Shown here in pieces: positions 12,897 through 25,500 of a DNA stretch of 64,000 nucleotides. How positions within the stretch are numbered: position 1 is the first letter of the stretch; every line of letters starts with the position of its first letter. Made by a program: the position numbers and the translations under genes. Below the pieces are notes generated by a model. That model worked only from the letters and a program-made list of their open reading frames with translations, made no database searches and was not told where the DNA came from. Source of the stretch: Squalus acanthias (lineage: Eukaryota); contig CM059427.1 of NCBI GenBank assembly GCA_030390025.1, positions 132,370,001 through 132,434,000 on the forward strand, in the 5' to 3' direction.

Positions 12897-13934
12897 AGTT
12901 GCTGAATGAAGCGATCACAACAATGGGCATAAAGTTTAAAGTCTCCAGAAGAAGCAAGGCTGCTTGCAGGCCTTAAATCCAGCAGCATTGATGACGGCAT
13001 CGGAGGCGACTTTCTGTATGAAAAGACTCATTGGGCCAGGGGTTTCCACACGCTGGAAATCAAGTGCCCAATTAGGGTAAAATCGCACTTTTTTCCCACT
13101 TCACATTGGAGTCGGGGTCCTGACACGAAAACCACCTGACACGCCCCAGCTCGCCCCCAATGGCAAAATCCAGCCCATAGTGTTCGTTGCGCTCCCTTAA
13201 TTTATTTCTCTCAAATTCATTCCTTTAAAAAGTCACCCTTAGTGGTTCTCTTCAGAACCTGTTCAATTATCTATATCGTGTCATAGCATTGATATAATTG
13301 TGTTTGATCTGTTTGTAACTAGCAGTCATTGACCGAATAAGAAAGCAAGACCAACTTGTGATCAGTCTGAAAAGATACTAAACATTCAGGGAACAATACT
13401 AAGAAGCAGATACATTCCGAGGAGATTCCCTAGGCCTATGTAACGGAAGCATCATTAGAATGCCCGATGCTTCCCTTTTCCTTCTGGAGTCAGTCTTCTA
13501 CTAAGGTAGTCAAATTAGCAGTGTGCTCTTTTGTTAAAGATTTGGTTATGAAAAACAGCAGTTTTGGTTTACATTTCAAATATTTTATTTCATTCTTCCC
13601 AAATCGTTGCTCCTCTCAGGGATTCAGTAGGGAGCAGTTTTAACAATTTTTTTTGAGAAAGCAGGCACTCTTGCCTACACTTTCAAAACATTTTAAGTCT
13701 GCTGGCGGGGATCACAGCTCTGAACATACGTCCCTGCATACAGCTCTCGGTGGTGGAAATGCAGATATGCAGCTTGCAGTATAAACCACTCAGCTACCAT
13801 CTTCGACTTGTAATGTAGCAGAACTGTAAGCGGAGTGATCTTAATCTAATTCCTTCAGAGATGACCACCCAGGGGCCCGCTAATATAGTACAGGAAGAGG
13901 AGAGTCCTGTTTTTCACCCAAAAAGTCTCTTAAA

Positions 13935-14352
13935 GTGTCAGCTGTGGCTCAGTGGGTAGCACACTCGCCTCTGAGTCAGAAGGTTGTGGGTTCATAGTCC
14001 CACTCCAGGGACTTGAGCACATAAAGCTAGGCTGACACTCCAGTATAGTGCTGAGGGAGTGCTGTATTGTCAGAGGTGCTGTCTTTCGGATGAGATGTTA
14101 AACCGAGGCCCTGTCTGCTCTCTCAGGTGCACATAAAAGATCCCATGGCACTTTTTCGAAGAAGAGCAGGGGAGTTATCCCCGGTGTCCTAGCCAATATT
14201 TATCCCTCCACCAACATAACAAAAACAGATTACCTGGTCATTATCACATTGCTGTTTGTGGGAGTTTGCTGTGCGCAAATTGGCAACAGTGACTACACTT
14301 CAAAAGCGCTTTGGTCGTGAAAGGCGTTATATAAATGCAAGTCTTTCTTTCT
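13935..14352 (+). mobile_element. tRNA-headed Deu-SINE (SacSINE1-like)
   Basis: A box TGGCTCAGTGG and B-like GGTTCATAGTCC. Deu-domain CTTTCGGATGAGATGTTAAACCGAGGCCCTGTCTG...AAAGATCCCATGGCACT...GAAGAGCAGGGGAGTT; CTTT tail. Confidence 0.85.
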
Positions 14353-14548
14353 TTTAAAGAGACTGGCATATTTGAGATTTTGTCTCCTGCATCCTATCCA
14401 TGGTATCTGCAGTAAACCTTTTGAATCTATCTTTTAAATGTTTACTATTATCTCTACACCTTTACTTCCTGGACTGAAAAAGATGCAGACATTCAGGAAT
14501 GGGCTACAGCAGAAGTGCATCACTTCTGGCTTGCTTGGTATGTAAAAA

Positions 14549-14881
14549 AAACCTTGCATTTCTGTAGTGCCTTTCACAACCACCGGACGTCCCAAAGCGC
14601 TTTACAGCCAATGAAGTACTATTTTGAAGTGTAGTCACTGTTGTAATGTAAACGCGGCAGGGATAAATATTGGCCAGGACACTGGGGATAACTCCCCTGC
14701 TCTTCTTCGAAATACGTCCACCTGAGAGGGCAGACGGGTCCTTGGTTTAACGTCTCATCCGAAAGACAGCACCTCCGACAGTGGAGCCTAGATTTTTGTG
14801 CTCAAGTCCCTGGAGTGGGACTTGAACCCACAACCTTCTGACTCAGAGGCGAGAGTGCTATCAACTGAGCCACGGCTGACA
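14549..14881 (-). mobile_element. Second Deu-SINE (SacSINE1-like), internally deleted, inverted relative to 13935
   Basis: Minus strand begins TGTCAGCCGTGGCTCAGTTGATAGCACTCTCGCCTCTGAGTCAGAAGG, matching the 13935 head. Confidence 0.82.
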
Positions 14882-15192
14882 TTCTTTAGATGTGATCTAA
14901 AGGCAAACTTTTCTCATTTGTTTACGAACATATCATGATGAGGTAAATTATATTGAAGTGGATAATCATGCCACTTGTGAGTGATTTCATTATGACTAAA
15001 ATGGGTGCATTAATCTTCTCAATCCCAAATTTGAAGATCTCGGTTTTCCCAAAAGCAGGGGTTTGGAATTGATATTTTCTCCAGAGCTGTGCCTCTAAAC
15101 TGAATTTGGTTTATGCAGTCTGAGCATGTGTAGTGTGGCTAATTTCCGAGAATGCATCAGTACGGTTCAGTCAGATATACTGATGGGATATT

Positions 15193-16075
15193 GGGGGAAA
15201 AATTCAGTATCGCCCCGTTTGGGGCGCAATTATCGGCCGGGCGCAAAGATTAGCGCCTAGGGCTAATTATCGCCTCTGACTGCAAACTTGACTTTTATCG
15301 CCCCGTGAGGTGATTGGAGCGCTAAATCAGGCGCTACACATCTGTCTTAAGGCGCAAAGGCCGAGGAGCGAGGCGCTAACTCAGAGAGCTGGCGAAGCTC
15401 ATGTGATGTCAGTCAGCAATGGAACACAGACACAATGGCGCCGGCCAGTGCTTAAAGGGATGTGTTGATCTTGCTTTCCATCCACATCCTGCTCATTGCA
15501 GCCTTGAATCTCGGCCTGGAGATACCTGTACATCAAATCTGCTGGAATGAACAATGGAGAGAACCAGGGAAAGAGCTCAGAGTGCAAGCCCCACAGTCTC
15601 TTCTAAATCGATGCAAGGAAGGTCAAATTAAAATGAACCTGCTCAGTACCCAAAACTCCTTCACACAGCGTTGAATCTCTCCAGAAGTCCCTCTCTCTCT
15701 CTCTCAGAATGCGTGGTTCAAAAATGTCACCAACAAAAAAAGGCAGGAAGCGGTCTCCTTTAAATAGCGCTCCCCGAGTCCCTTCCTGACTGCAAAACGC
15801 TCCCCTCAACCTGTCGTTGCTAGCGGCAGGCGGTAAGGCAGGGGGCGCCACTCAATATCCGCTCCGGGGTGCTACCGGGGCGTTGCGCACTCGACTGACG
15901 TCACGATCTGTCGGCGCAGGAGATCGCGGCGGTAGTGTTTAGCGCCGCCGCAAAATGTCTACTTAATTTCGCGAGCGGCGCAAACATCGCCGCGCCCGGG
16001 CGCTAGTTGCTTTGCGCCCCATTAGCGCCCTCTTAAGGCGCTAACGGGAGGCGCAACCAACTGAATTTTCCCCCC
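15193..16075. mobile_element. CpG-rich Harbinger-type MITE (883 bp)
   Basis: TIRs GGGGGAAAAATTCAG / CTGAATTTTCCCCCC; TSD ATT at 15190-15192 and 16076-16078; repeated GGCGCTA/TAGCGCC subterminal motifs. Confidence 0.8.
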
Positions 16076-16844
16076 ATTGTCTTTAGATTCTAGCACTTTC
16101 TACTCAATAGCTTTTCTTCAAATAATTTTGAAACACAAGAGGACAAATTACAAAAGTTTTGAGGTAAAATTTATGTTGAGTGTTTTCTTAAAGAGAATTT
16201 TGTTTGTGTATGTATGGTGCAGACCAGGGCTTGTAGGGAGATCTTGTTTTCCCTGACTGGGAGGAGACAGAGGGAAAAGTGACATTGTTCTGATAATACA
16301 CACACGTTGTAGCTTTAGATTTGCGTTCTTTCAATTTCAGAAAGTGTATAAAGATGTGGGGGAGAGCAAGAGAGAAAAGCTGAGAAAGAGAGCGAGAGAA
16401 AGAGAGTTTTCATGTTAATACTGGTTTAATTAAAAACACCAATTGAATTTTACGGCCAAATAATTATCTCACCTATTTTATTGCCAGTTAGAAAAAGTTA
16501 ATGCTAATTGTTACTTACACCTGTGTCTGTGTGTTGTGTGCATGATAGAGAGAGAGAGAGAAAGAGTGAGTTCAGGTCAGAGAGAGTGAGACAGAGGGGT
16601 GAGAGAGAGAGATGAAAGGGAGAGAGTGAGAGATAAGTCATAAAAAGAAGGGTTGATACTCGATAGGGATAAAGTGTATCTTTCTTTATGTTAATATTAG
16701 TCCAATTTAAAACAAACTCCAGTTGAATGTTTAAGCCAGCTAATTATCTCAGGTAGGAAAGGGGCTTCTTAAAGCGAGGTCGTCTATTTTGTTGCTGGGA
16801 TTTCTGTGGAAGAAACTTGGTTTCAATGTGGCACATACAAGGGC

Positions 16845-17065
16845 CCCTAGATTCATGGATGCAGCTGTGAAGAGGCCCTGCTGGTGCAGACCAGGGCTTG
16901 TAGGGAGATCTTTTTTCCCTTGACTGGGAGGAGAGTGGCGAGACAAACTCTACAGCAGACCTGGAGGGAGGGTACGATACATGTCAATTCTGCCAGCATC
17001 ATCCCTGGGATATGGGTCCAATGCAGGAAAAATTTCAATGACTACCTATTCTGCCAAGGTGAGAT
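16845..17065 (+). pseudogene. Frameshifted relic of a Harbinger Myb/SANT exon 1
   Basis: PRFMDAAV start and IWVQCRKNFND, ending at donor AAG|GTGAGA. About 50 bp of it is duplicated at about 16215-16267. Confidence 0.55.
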
Positions 17066-17707
17066 TCACTTCTTGCTCTGTCTCTTTCTGTGAATCAGAT
17101 CTTGCCATAGCACTTCCGGCCCCTACACACAGCGCTCCAAGGACTCTCACGGCCTGCTCCAACTGCTTCTCCTCCTATCATCACTGCAAACTGCACCTGC
17201 CATCTTTTTCATTACAATCATTCTCAGGAGCTGTCATCAGAAGCAGGCACTTGCAGCGTTCTAGCACCTAGTAACAGCTGGAAATCTTTTCACTCTTCTC
17301 CTAACTGCTATCACATGTCAGCCGCCCACCCCACTTTCCTGCACATTACCATATCCCCATCCTGTGCACTACTTGCTGCGTCTCACTCTCGGCATTCACA
17401 GTATCTCAGGATGCCACACACACATGCACAATCCTTTTCTCCAACCAAACACTAAGGGGGGAATTTTTCGGGGGGGTCAGTGGTGGCGGGTCGGGTGGGA
17501 ATTTTTTTTTTGACAGCGGGTAGGGAACCTGAGCGGACCTGCACTAAATGAAAAACTTTCGATCCTGTACCACCTCACCACTTCTTGCCTCCCCTTATGC
17601 CCCCTGACCTGACCCCCTTCCTTATTCCCCTCCTCACCTCTTTAACCCCCTCCTCCCCTCCCTCTGTCTTATCACTGCTTCCTCCAATTCCCCTCTCTCC
17701 CCTCCTA

Positions 17708-19148
17708 CATAAGAAATAGGAGTAGGAATAGGCCATTTGGCCCTTCGAGCCTGCTCCACCAATTAATAAGATCATGGTTGATCTTCTACCTCAAATCCAC
17801 TTTACTGCACTATCCGCATGTCTCTGGATTCCCTTAATATCCAAAAATCTATCGATCTCTGTCTTGAATATACTCAATGCCTGAGCATCCACAAACCTCT
17901 GTGGTAGAGAATTCCAAAGATTCACCACCCTCTGAGTGAAGAAATTTCTCCTCATCTCAGTCCTAAATGGCCTACCCTTTATTCTGTGACTGTGACCCTG
18001 TGTTCTAGACACTCCAGCCAGGGGAAAATTTTTCCCAGCATTAACCCTGTCAAGCCCCTTAAGAATTTTATATATTTGAATGAGATCACCTCTCATTCTT
18101 CTAAACTCTAAGGAATACAGGCCTAGTCTACTCAATCTCTCCTCATAGGACAATCCCCCCATCCCAGGAATCAGTCTGGTGAACCTTAGGTAAGGAGACC
18201 AGAACTGTACACAATACTCCAGGTGTGGTCTCACCAGGGCCCTATATAATTGCAGTAAGACGTCTTTACTTTTATACTCAAATCCTCTTGTAATAAAAGC
18301 CAACATACCATTTGCTTTCCTAATTCCTTGCTGTACCTGCATATTAACTTTCAGCGATTCGTGTACAAGGACACCCAGGTCCCTGTGAACACCAACATTT
18401 CCCAATCTCTCACCATTTAAAAAATACTCTGATTTTCTATTTTTCCTACCAAAGTGGATAACTTCACATTTCTCTACATTATATTCCATTTGCCATGTTC
18501 TTGCCCACTCGCTTAACCTGTCTATATCCTCTTGCAGCCTCTTTGCATCCTCCTCACAACTTACATTCCCACCTAACTTTGTATCATCAGCAAACTTGGA
18601 TATATTACATTTGGTCCCCTCAGCCAAATCATTGATGTAGATTGTAAATAGCTGAGGCCCAAGCACTGATCCTTGTGGTACCCCACTAGTTACAGCCTGC
18701 CAACCCAAAAATGACCCGTTTATTCCTACTCTCTGTTTTCTGTCCGTTAACCAATCCTCAATCCATGCTAGTATAGTACCCCCAATCCCATGAGCCCTAA
18801 TTTTGTTTAATAACCTCTTGCGTGACACCTTATCGAATGCCTTCTGACAATTCAAATAAACCACATCCACTGGTTTCCCCTTATCTATCCTGCTAGTTAC
18901 AACCTCAAAATGCTAACAGCTTTGTCAAACATGATTTCCCTTTCATAAATCCGTGTTGACTCTGCCCAATCCTATTATTACTTTCTAAGTGCCCTGTAAC
19001 TTCGTCCTTAATAATAGATTCTAGCATTTTCCCTACTACTGATGTCAGGCTAACTGGTCTATAGTTCCTCGTTTTCTCTCTCCTTCCTTTCTTAAATAGT
19101 GGGGTTACATTTGCTACCTTCCAATCGCGGGAACCGTTCCAGAATCTA
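17708..19148 (-). mobile_element. 5'-truncated CR1 LINE inserted in a CT-rich tract
   Basis: 359-aa ORF 17791-18870 with [14 protein letters not shown] and HLEYCVQFWSP; upstream NYRPVSLTS in another frame. Confidence 0.92.
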
Positions 19149-19709
19149 AAACTCCTCTTTCTCCCTCTCCCCTTCTTCCACCCTTCCCCTCCCATCGTGC
19201 TATCCCTTCCTCCTGCTCTACCTTCCTCCCCAGCTCTAATACTGCTGTATCCATTAGCCTCCATCACCACCCTGCTCTGTCTTCCCCTTCTGGTCTTATG
19301 AGACACTTTTCCACCACTCTCTAACCCCACTTTAGCTAAAAAATACACTTATAATTCAAACCCTGGGTGCAATGCATGGGAGATCAACTAGTATTATTAA
19401 AAATCTTTTGCTGCCAGTCGTTTTACCATATGTGCACTTAACTCCAGCAAGTATGGAAGCTTTCATTTAGTTAGGCTGCTTTGTTCAGTTATGATGGTTT
19501 GCTCTACTCGAATGCCAAGATTGATTTTGAATACTTTCCTAGTTACTAATGATAATTAATAATCAACGTTCTAGCATGTTTTATGTTGAATTGGGGACAT
19601 TTCTCTGCTCTTTGAAGGGGCTACAACTATGTAAGTTAAAAAGTCCACAGAATCAAATCAAGGTTATCCAAAAAATGGAAGGTTAATACTTATGGAGTCA
19701 TCACCGCCA

Positions 19710-20400
19710 ACAACCACAACAACATACATTTATATAGCGCCTTTAATGAAGTAACACTTCCCAAGATGCTCCACAAAAGCGTAACGAATAACACGGCTGT
19801 CAAGCCAAAGGAGTTATCAGGAGGGGTGGCCAAAAGCTTAGTAAAAGAGATGGGTTTTAAGGAGGGTCTTAAAGGAGGAGAGGGAGGTGGAGAGGCAGAG
19901 GGTTTTATAGAGGGAATTCTACCATCATTGGTGTTTAGAGAGGTGAAATGTACAAGAGGCTGAAATCAGAGGTCTGGAGAATTTCTTTGGGTGCGGGGTT
20001 GGAGGAGGTAACAGGGATAGGGAGCGATGAAGCCATGGGTGGATTAAAACACAAGAATGAGAATGTTTAATCTGAGGCACTGGGTGAACGATATGGGTCA
20101 ATGAGGACGGGGTGCTGGGCAAGTGGGACTTGGTGCAGGATAGGATGTGGGCAGTAGAGTTTTAGATAGGCTGAAGTGTATGCAGGATGGATGAAAGGAT
20201 ACTGGCGAGAGCATTGGAATATTCAGGTCTGGAGTTGGTAAAGGCACTGATGAGGGTTTTAGCAGCAGATGATCTCAGGCTGAGGCGAGTGATGTTAGGG
20301 TAATCTTTGCGGTAACGATGATACGGAGATGGAAACTCAGCACAGGATTGACTAGGTCACTGAGGCTGAAAATAGTTTGGTTCAGCCCGAGACAGTGGCA
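19710..20400 (-). mobile_element. L2-type LINE 3' fragment
   Basis: CAA-repeat tail followed by CATTTATATAGCGCCTTT; purine-rich body like 46355-46655. Confidence 0.6.
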
Positions 20401-20623
20401 TGGAGAGGGATGGAGTTCGGTACAGAGTTTGTGGCAGAGGCTGAAAACGAATCCACTGTTACTTTTGTAATATTTTTTAAAAGCTTCAAAGAAATACTCT
20501 AGAACTACAGTTCAAAAGCATTATGAAAATTACAGTGGGCACAATGATCACTACCATAATGTACAGTTAGAGACTGTGCTTAAAGCATTTAATGGGAACT
20601 GTCACCCTTAAGTTATAATAACA

Positions 20624-20693
20624 ATAAAAAGAGAAAATACCAGAAACACTCAGCAGGTCAGGCAGCATCTGTGGAGAGAGAAACAGAATTAAT
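20624..20693 (-). mobile_element. Penelope-like terminus, left half (right half 27364-27490), split by Harbinger insertion
   Basis: CTCAGCAGGTCAGGCAGCATCTGTGGAGAGAGAAACAGAATT joins AACGTTTCAGGTCGACGACC at 27364, reproducing the sequence seen at 229-325. Confidence 0.8.
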
Positions 20694-21165
20694 GGGCTAG
20701 AAATTTGGCTCCGTAGCACCTGATTTTTCAGTGTTATGGGTGCCATTTTGTGTCGAAAATAGCGTCTGCGCCGCGTGCGCACACCTCTGATGCGGGCCGT
20801 GCCGGACGCCATCATGGTGAGGGCGGTAGGGAGCGTGTGTCGGATGTATGTTGAGTGGGTAGATCATGACGTCAATCAGAGTGCCATTTTCATCCTTAAC
20901 GCTGGAGCTAATGCCCTGTCTTAAACTCGCACAGCTGAACATGTGTTCAGCAGCAGCAAGGACCCTGCACCAGCAATATTTAAAGGGATCAGCAACCACT
21001 CTCAGGTTAGTTGCGAATTAATTTCTGCTGGCTCTGTGTAAATTTGTGGAAGTGTTTGGAGCTTTCTAGAGTTGGTTAAAGTTGGTGAGGTGACAGGGAG
21101 TGGTGCTGCAAGTGGATCCTTGGTTCTGATTTCAAGGGTTCTGGTCAGACCACTTGCTCCCAGTC

Positions 21166-22291
21166 CTGGGTGCTCTAGCTGTCATCCCCCTTGGCCTGCA
21201 GCATGACAGGGAGATGGAGCAGAGGCAGCGAAGAAGAGGACAAGCTGCTCCCGGAGGGAGGAGGAGGATGGGGAGAAGGGCTTTCAGCAGGAAGCCTTGA
21301 CCACCTAGGGTCTTCCGAGAGTAATGTTCTTACCTCAGCCTGAGCCAGGAGCAGTGTGTGAGGCGTCCGCGCTTTACGAAGGAAGTGCTCACAGAACTCT
21401 GCCATCTTTTGCAACCAGACCTGCAGCCTCACACCAGGGCAAGGACAGCGCTGCCAGTGGCTGTGAAGGTGACCGTGGCCCTGAATTTCCTCGCATCGGG
21501 ATTATTCCAGGCTGGAGCAGGTGACATCTGTAACATCTCACAGTTCGCTGTCCACTGCTGCATAAGAGAGGTGACAGGCGCTCTTTAGGCCAGAAGAGGG
21601 GACTTCATTGTCTTTTCTCTGAACAGAGAGAAGCAGGCGGAGCGTGCACAAGGCTTTGCCAGGATAGCAGGCTTCCCCATAGTGCAGGGCGCCATTGACT
21701 GCATGCACATGGCTTTGTGGGCACCGTATCTAAATGCTGAGATGTACTGCAACCGCAAAGATTACCTCTCACTGAATGTGCAGTTGGTATACGACCATGC
21801 TCAGCACATCATAGTGGTGAATACCCGGTATCCTGGCAGTACTCATGATGCTTTTATTCAGCACCAGTCCGCTGTTCCCTCAGTCTTTGAGCCACCATGA
21901 TAAACCAGAGGGTGGCTACTGGGCAACAAGGACTATCTGCTAACCTGGCTCATGACTTCGCTGTGCAACACACATGGGCAGCATGCATATAACAAAAGCC
22001 ATGCTGCCACAGAATCTGATAGAGCCAGCTATTGGCGCCCTTAAACAATGCTTCTGCAGCTTGGACCACACTGGAGGAGCCCTGCAGTACTCAGCAGAGC
22101 GCGTCTCAAGATTCGTCATGGTCTGCTGCATGCTCCACAATCTCGTCATCATGAGGGCACAGCCCCTGCCACCAGGCATATGGTGACCAGCTGAGGAGGA
22201 GGAGGAGGAAGTGGAAGGGAGGAGGCAACCCAGACAGCCCTTTTCTGCCCGGGCTGTCCGTGATCGACTCATCTGACTGTGGTACCAGTGA
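21166..22291 (+). pseudogene. Harbinger DDE transposase (HARBI1-like), disrupted
   Basis: Motifs TALPVAVKVTVALNFLASG, GAIDCMH, SLNVQLV, YPGSTHD, WLLGNKDY (catalytic D changed to N), IEPAIGALKQ.F and CCMLHN. In-frame stops at 21586 and 21898, plus frameshifts. Confidence 0.88.
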
Positions 22292-22470
22292 ACTCAACCC
22301 CAATTCCCCATTGAACAATAGTCCCACACCTTACCTTCCCTCTGTTACTGACCATCACAGCATCCTCTTGGCCACAATGCTGAAATAAAAGCCACCACAA
22401 AAGAAACATTCCAATCGAACTTTATACATCAATCCATCCAATATTACATAACAAAATCAACTAATCACCC

Positions 22471-22507
22471 AGTTCTGACGAAGGGTCATCGACCTGAAAC
22501 GTTAACT
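22471..22507 (+). ncRNA. Minimal type I hammerhead ribozyme motif
   Basis: AGTT-CTGACGA-AG-GGTC-ATC-GACC-T-GAAA-CGTT-AACT: stem I AGTT/AACT, stem II GGTC/GACC, palindromic ACGT stem III, GUU triplet. Confidence 0.68.
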
Positions 22508-22574
22508 CTGTTTCTCTCTCCACAGATGCTGCCTGACCTGCTGAGTATTTCCAGCATTTTCTGTTTTTATTTTA
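22471..22574 (+). mobile_element. 104-bp Penelope-derived mini-insert with 13-bp TSD
   Basis: TSD CAACTAATCACCC at 22458-22470 and 22575-22587. Confidence 0.85.
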
Positions 22575-22599
22575 CAACTAATCACCCTTGTGCATTTGC

Positions 22600-25500
22600 T
22601 TAGTGCTGTTTTCCATGTGCCTTTGCCCGTCCTAGTGCTCCTACGAAGTGCTACCCCAGTGACTGCAGCATGGCTGGTGAAAGGCTGCTGACTTTCAGTG
22701 GGGGAGACTGCAGATGGCCTTGGAGGACAACCTCGAGCACTTCTGGGCCTAGAAGGTCGGGCTGAAGACTGCACCATCTTGGATGGGCAGTAGTCTGGGC
22801 TGGCTGGCTGACAGGCAAGGGCACTGGTGGAGTGGCAGTGGTGGGAGGATGAATGCTGTCATCCTGAGAGAGGACAGCAGGTTTGTGCTCCACGGAGCCA
22901 CTGTCACTCCCACGGGGTGGCGCCTCAGCATTCCTAGCCATCTGTTGGAGGACAGATTGCTGCACTGCTGTGACACCCTGCAAGCCCCTTTCCACACTGG
23001 TAAATGCAGTCATGATGGCAGCAGTCTGAGCTTATGTGGCAGCAAGCTGAGCCTGCATGAGAGCAGTCTGAGCTTGCACTGCAGCACTCAGACATTGGGT
23101 GGCTTCTGCTTGTGCTGCAATGGAAGCTGAGACATCGGCCATCAGACGCTGCATCATAGTTGGGTCCACAAGTGTGCTAATGGAGTTGCTCATCACTTCC
23201 ATGCTGGAAATCATGGGCTCCAAGCTCTGCGCAAAGCCCTGTGCAAAGTTGGTGCCGGACTTCTCCATGTCCCTTGACATTGCACTCGGGCTTTTTGGCA
23301 GGCCTGCCAATGCACCAAGCATTTCATTGTGCATACCCATTAGTGTTCTTCTGTAGGCTGCCCCATTGAAGTCCTCATCTGAGTCCTCTGCAGCAGAACA
23401 CATGTGCGACCTCGCCCTCCAGGGAGCTGGCACCTTTTTTTTTTAATTCGCTAATGGGATCTGGGCGTCGCTGGCAAGGCCAGCATTTATTGCCCATCCC
23501 CAATTGCCCTTGAGAAGGTGGTGGTGAGCTGCCTTCTTGAACTACTGCAGTCCTTGTGGTGAAGGTTCTCCCACAGTGCTGTTAGGTAGGGAGTTCCAGG
23601 ATTCGACCCAGCGACAATGAAGGATCGGCGATATACTTATAATTCAGGATGGTGTGTGACTTAGAGGGGAACTTGGAGGTGGTGGTGTTCCCATGCGCCT
23701 GCTGCCCTTGTCCTTCTAGGTGGAAGAGGTCGCGGGTTTGGGAGGTGCTGCCGAAGAAGCCTTGGTGAGTTGCTGCAGTGCATCTTGTAGATGGTACAAA
23801 CTGCAGCCACGGTACGCCGGTGGTGGAGGGAGTGAATGTTTAAGGTGGTGGATGGGGTGCCCATCAAACGGGCTGCTTTGTCCTGGATGGTGTCGAGCTT
23901 CTTGAGTGTTGTTGCAGCTGCACTCATCCAGGCAAGTGGAGAGTATTCCATCACACTCCTTACTTGTGCCTTGTAGATGGTGGAAAGGCTTTGGAGAGTC
24001 AGGTGGTGAGACACTTGCCACAGAATACCTAGCATCTGACCTGCTCTTGTTGTCACAGTATTGATGTGGCTGGTCCAGTTAAGTTTCAGGTCAATGGTGA
24101 CCCCCAGGATGTTGATGGTGGGGGATTCGACGATGGCAATGCCGTTGAATGTCAAGGGGAGGTGGTTAGACCCTCGCTTGTTGGAGATGGTCATTGCCTG
24201 GCAGTTCTGTGGCGCTATTGTTACTTGCCACTTATCAGCCCAAGCCTGAACGTTGTCCAGGTCTTGTTGCATGCGGGCATGGACTGCTTCATTATCTGAG
24301 GAGTTGTGAATGGTGCTGAACACTGTGCAGACATCAGCGAACATCCCCATTTCTGACCTTATGTTGGAGGGAAGGTCATTGATGAAGCAGCTGAAGATGG
24401 TTGGGCCTAGGACACTGCCCTGAGGAACTCCTGCAGCGATGTCCTGGGGCTGTGATGATTGACCTTCAACCACCACAACCATCTTCCTTTGTGCTAGGTA
24501 TGACTCCAGCCAGTGGAGTGTTTTCCCCCTGATTCCCATTGACTTCAGTTTTACTGGGGCTCCTTGATGCCACACTCGGTAAAATGCTGCCTTGATGTCA
24601 AGGGCAGTCACTCTCACCTCACCTCTGGAATTCAGCTCCTTTGTCCATGTTTGGACCAAGGCTGTAATGAGGTCAGGAGCCGAGTGGTCTTGGTGGAACC
24701 CAAACTGGGCATCAGTGAGCAGGTTATTGGTGAGTAAGTGCCGCTTGATAGCACTGTCGATGACACCTTCCATCACTTTGCTGATGATTGAGAGTAGACT
24801 GATGGGGCGGTAATTGGCCGGATTGGATTTGTCCTGCTTTTTGTGGACAGGACATACCTGGGCAGTTTTCCACATTGTCGGATAGATGCCAGTGTTGTAG
24901 CTGTACTGGAACAGCTTGACTAGAGGCGCGGCTAGTTCTGGAGCACAAGTCTTCAGCACGATAGCCGGGATGTTGTCAGGGCCCATAGCCTTTGCTGTAT
25001 CCAGAGCGCTCAGCCATTTCTTGATATCACGTGGAGTGAATCGAATTGGCTGAAGACTGGCTTCAGTGATTCTGGGGACCTCGGGAGTAGGCCGATATGG
25101 ATCATCCACTCGGCACTTCTGGCTGAGGATGGTTGCAAATGCTTTAGCTTTGTCTTTTGCACTCACGTGCTGGGCTCCACCATCATTGAGGATGGGGATA
25201 TTCATGGAGCCTCCTCCTCCCGTTAGTTGTTTAATGGTCCACCACCATTCACGACTTGATGTGGCAGGACTGCAGAGCTTTGATCTGATCTGTTGATTGT
25301 GGGATCGCTTAGCCCTGTCTATAGCATGCTGCTTCCGCTTTTTAGCATGCATGTAGTCCTGTGTTGCAGCTTCCCCAGGTTGGCACCACATTTTTAGGTA
25401 CACCTGGTGCTGCTCCTGACATGCTCTTCTACACTCCTTATTGAACCAGGGTTGGTTCCCCGGCTTGATGGTATTGGTAGAGTGAGGGATATGCCGGGCC

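Larger units (their letters stand above)
11506..13176 (-). mobile_element. Non-autonomous PIF/Harbinger element carrying only the Myb/SANT-like gene (1671 bp)
   Basis: TIRs GGGCTCGATTTTGCC / GGCAAAATCCAGCCC; TSD ATA at 11503-11505 and 13177-13179. No transposase sequence recognised inside. Confidence 0.82.

Noticed and set aside
21166-22291. Domesticated HARBI1 gene
   Set aside because: Stops, frameshifts and a mutated catalytic Asp, and it lies inside TIR/TSD-bounded DNA.
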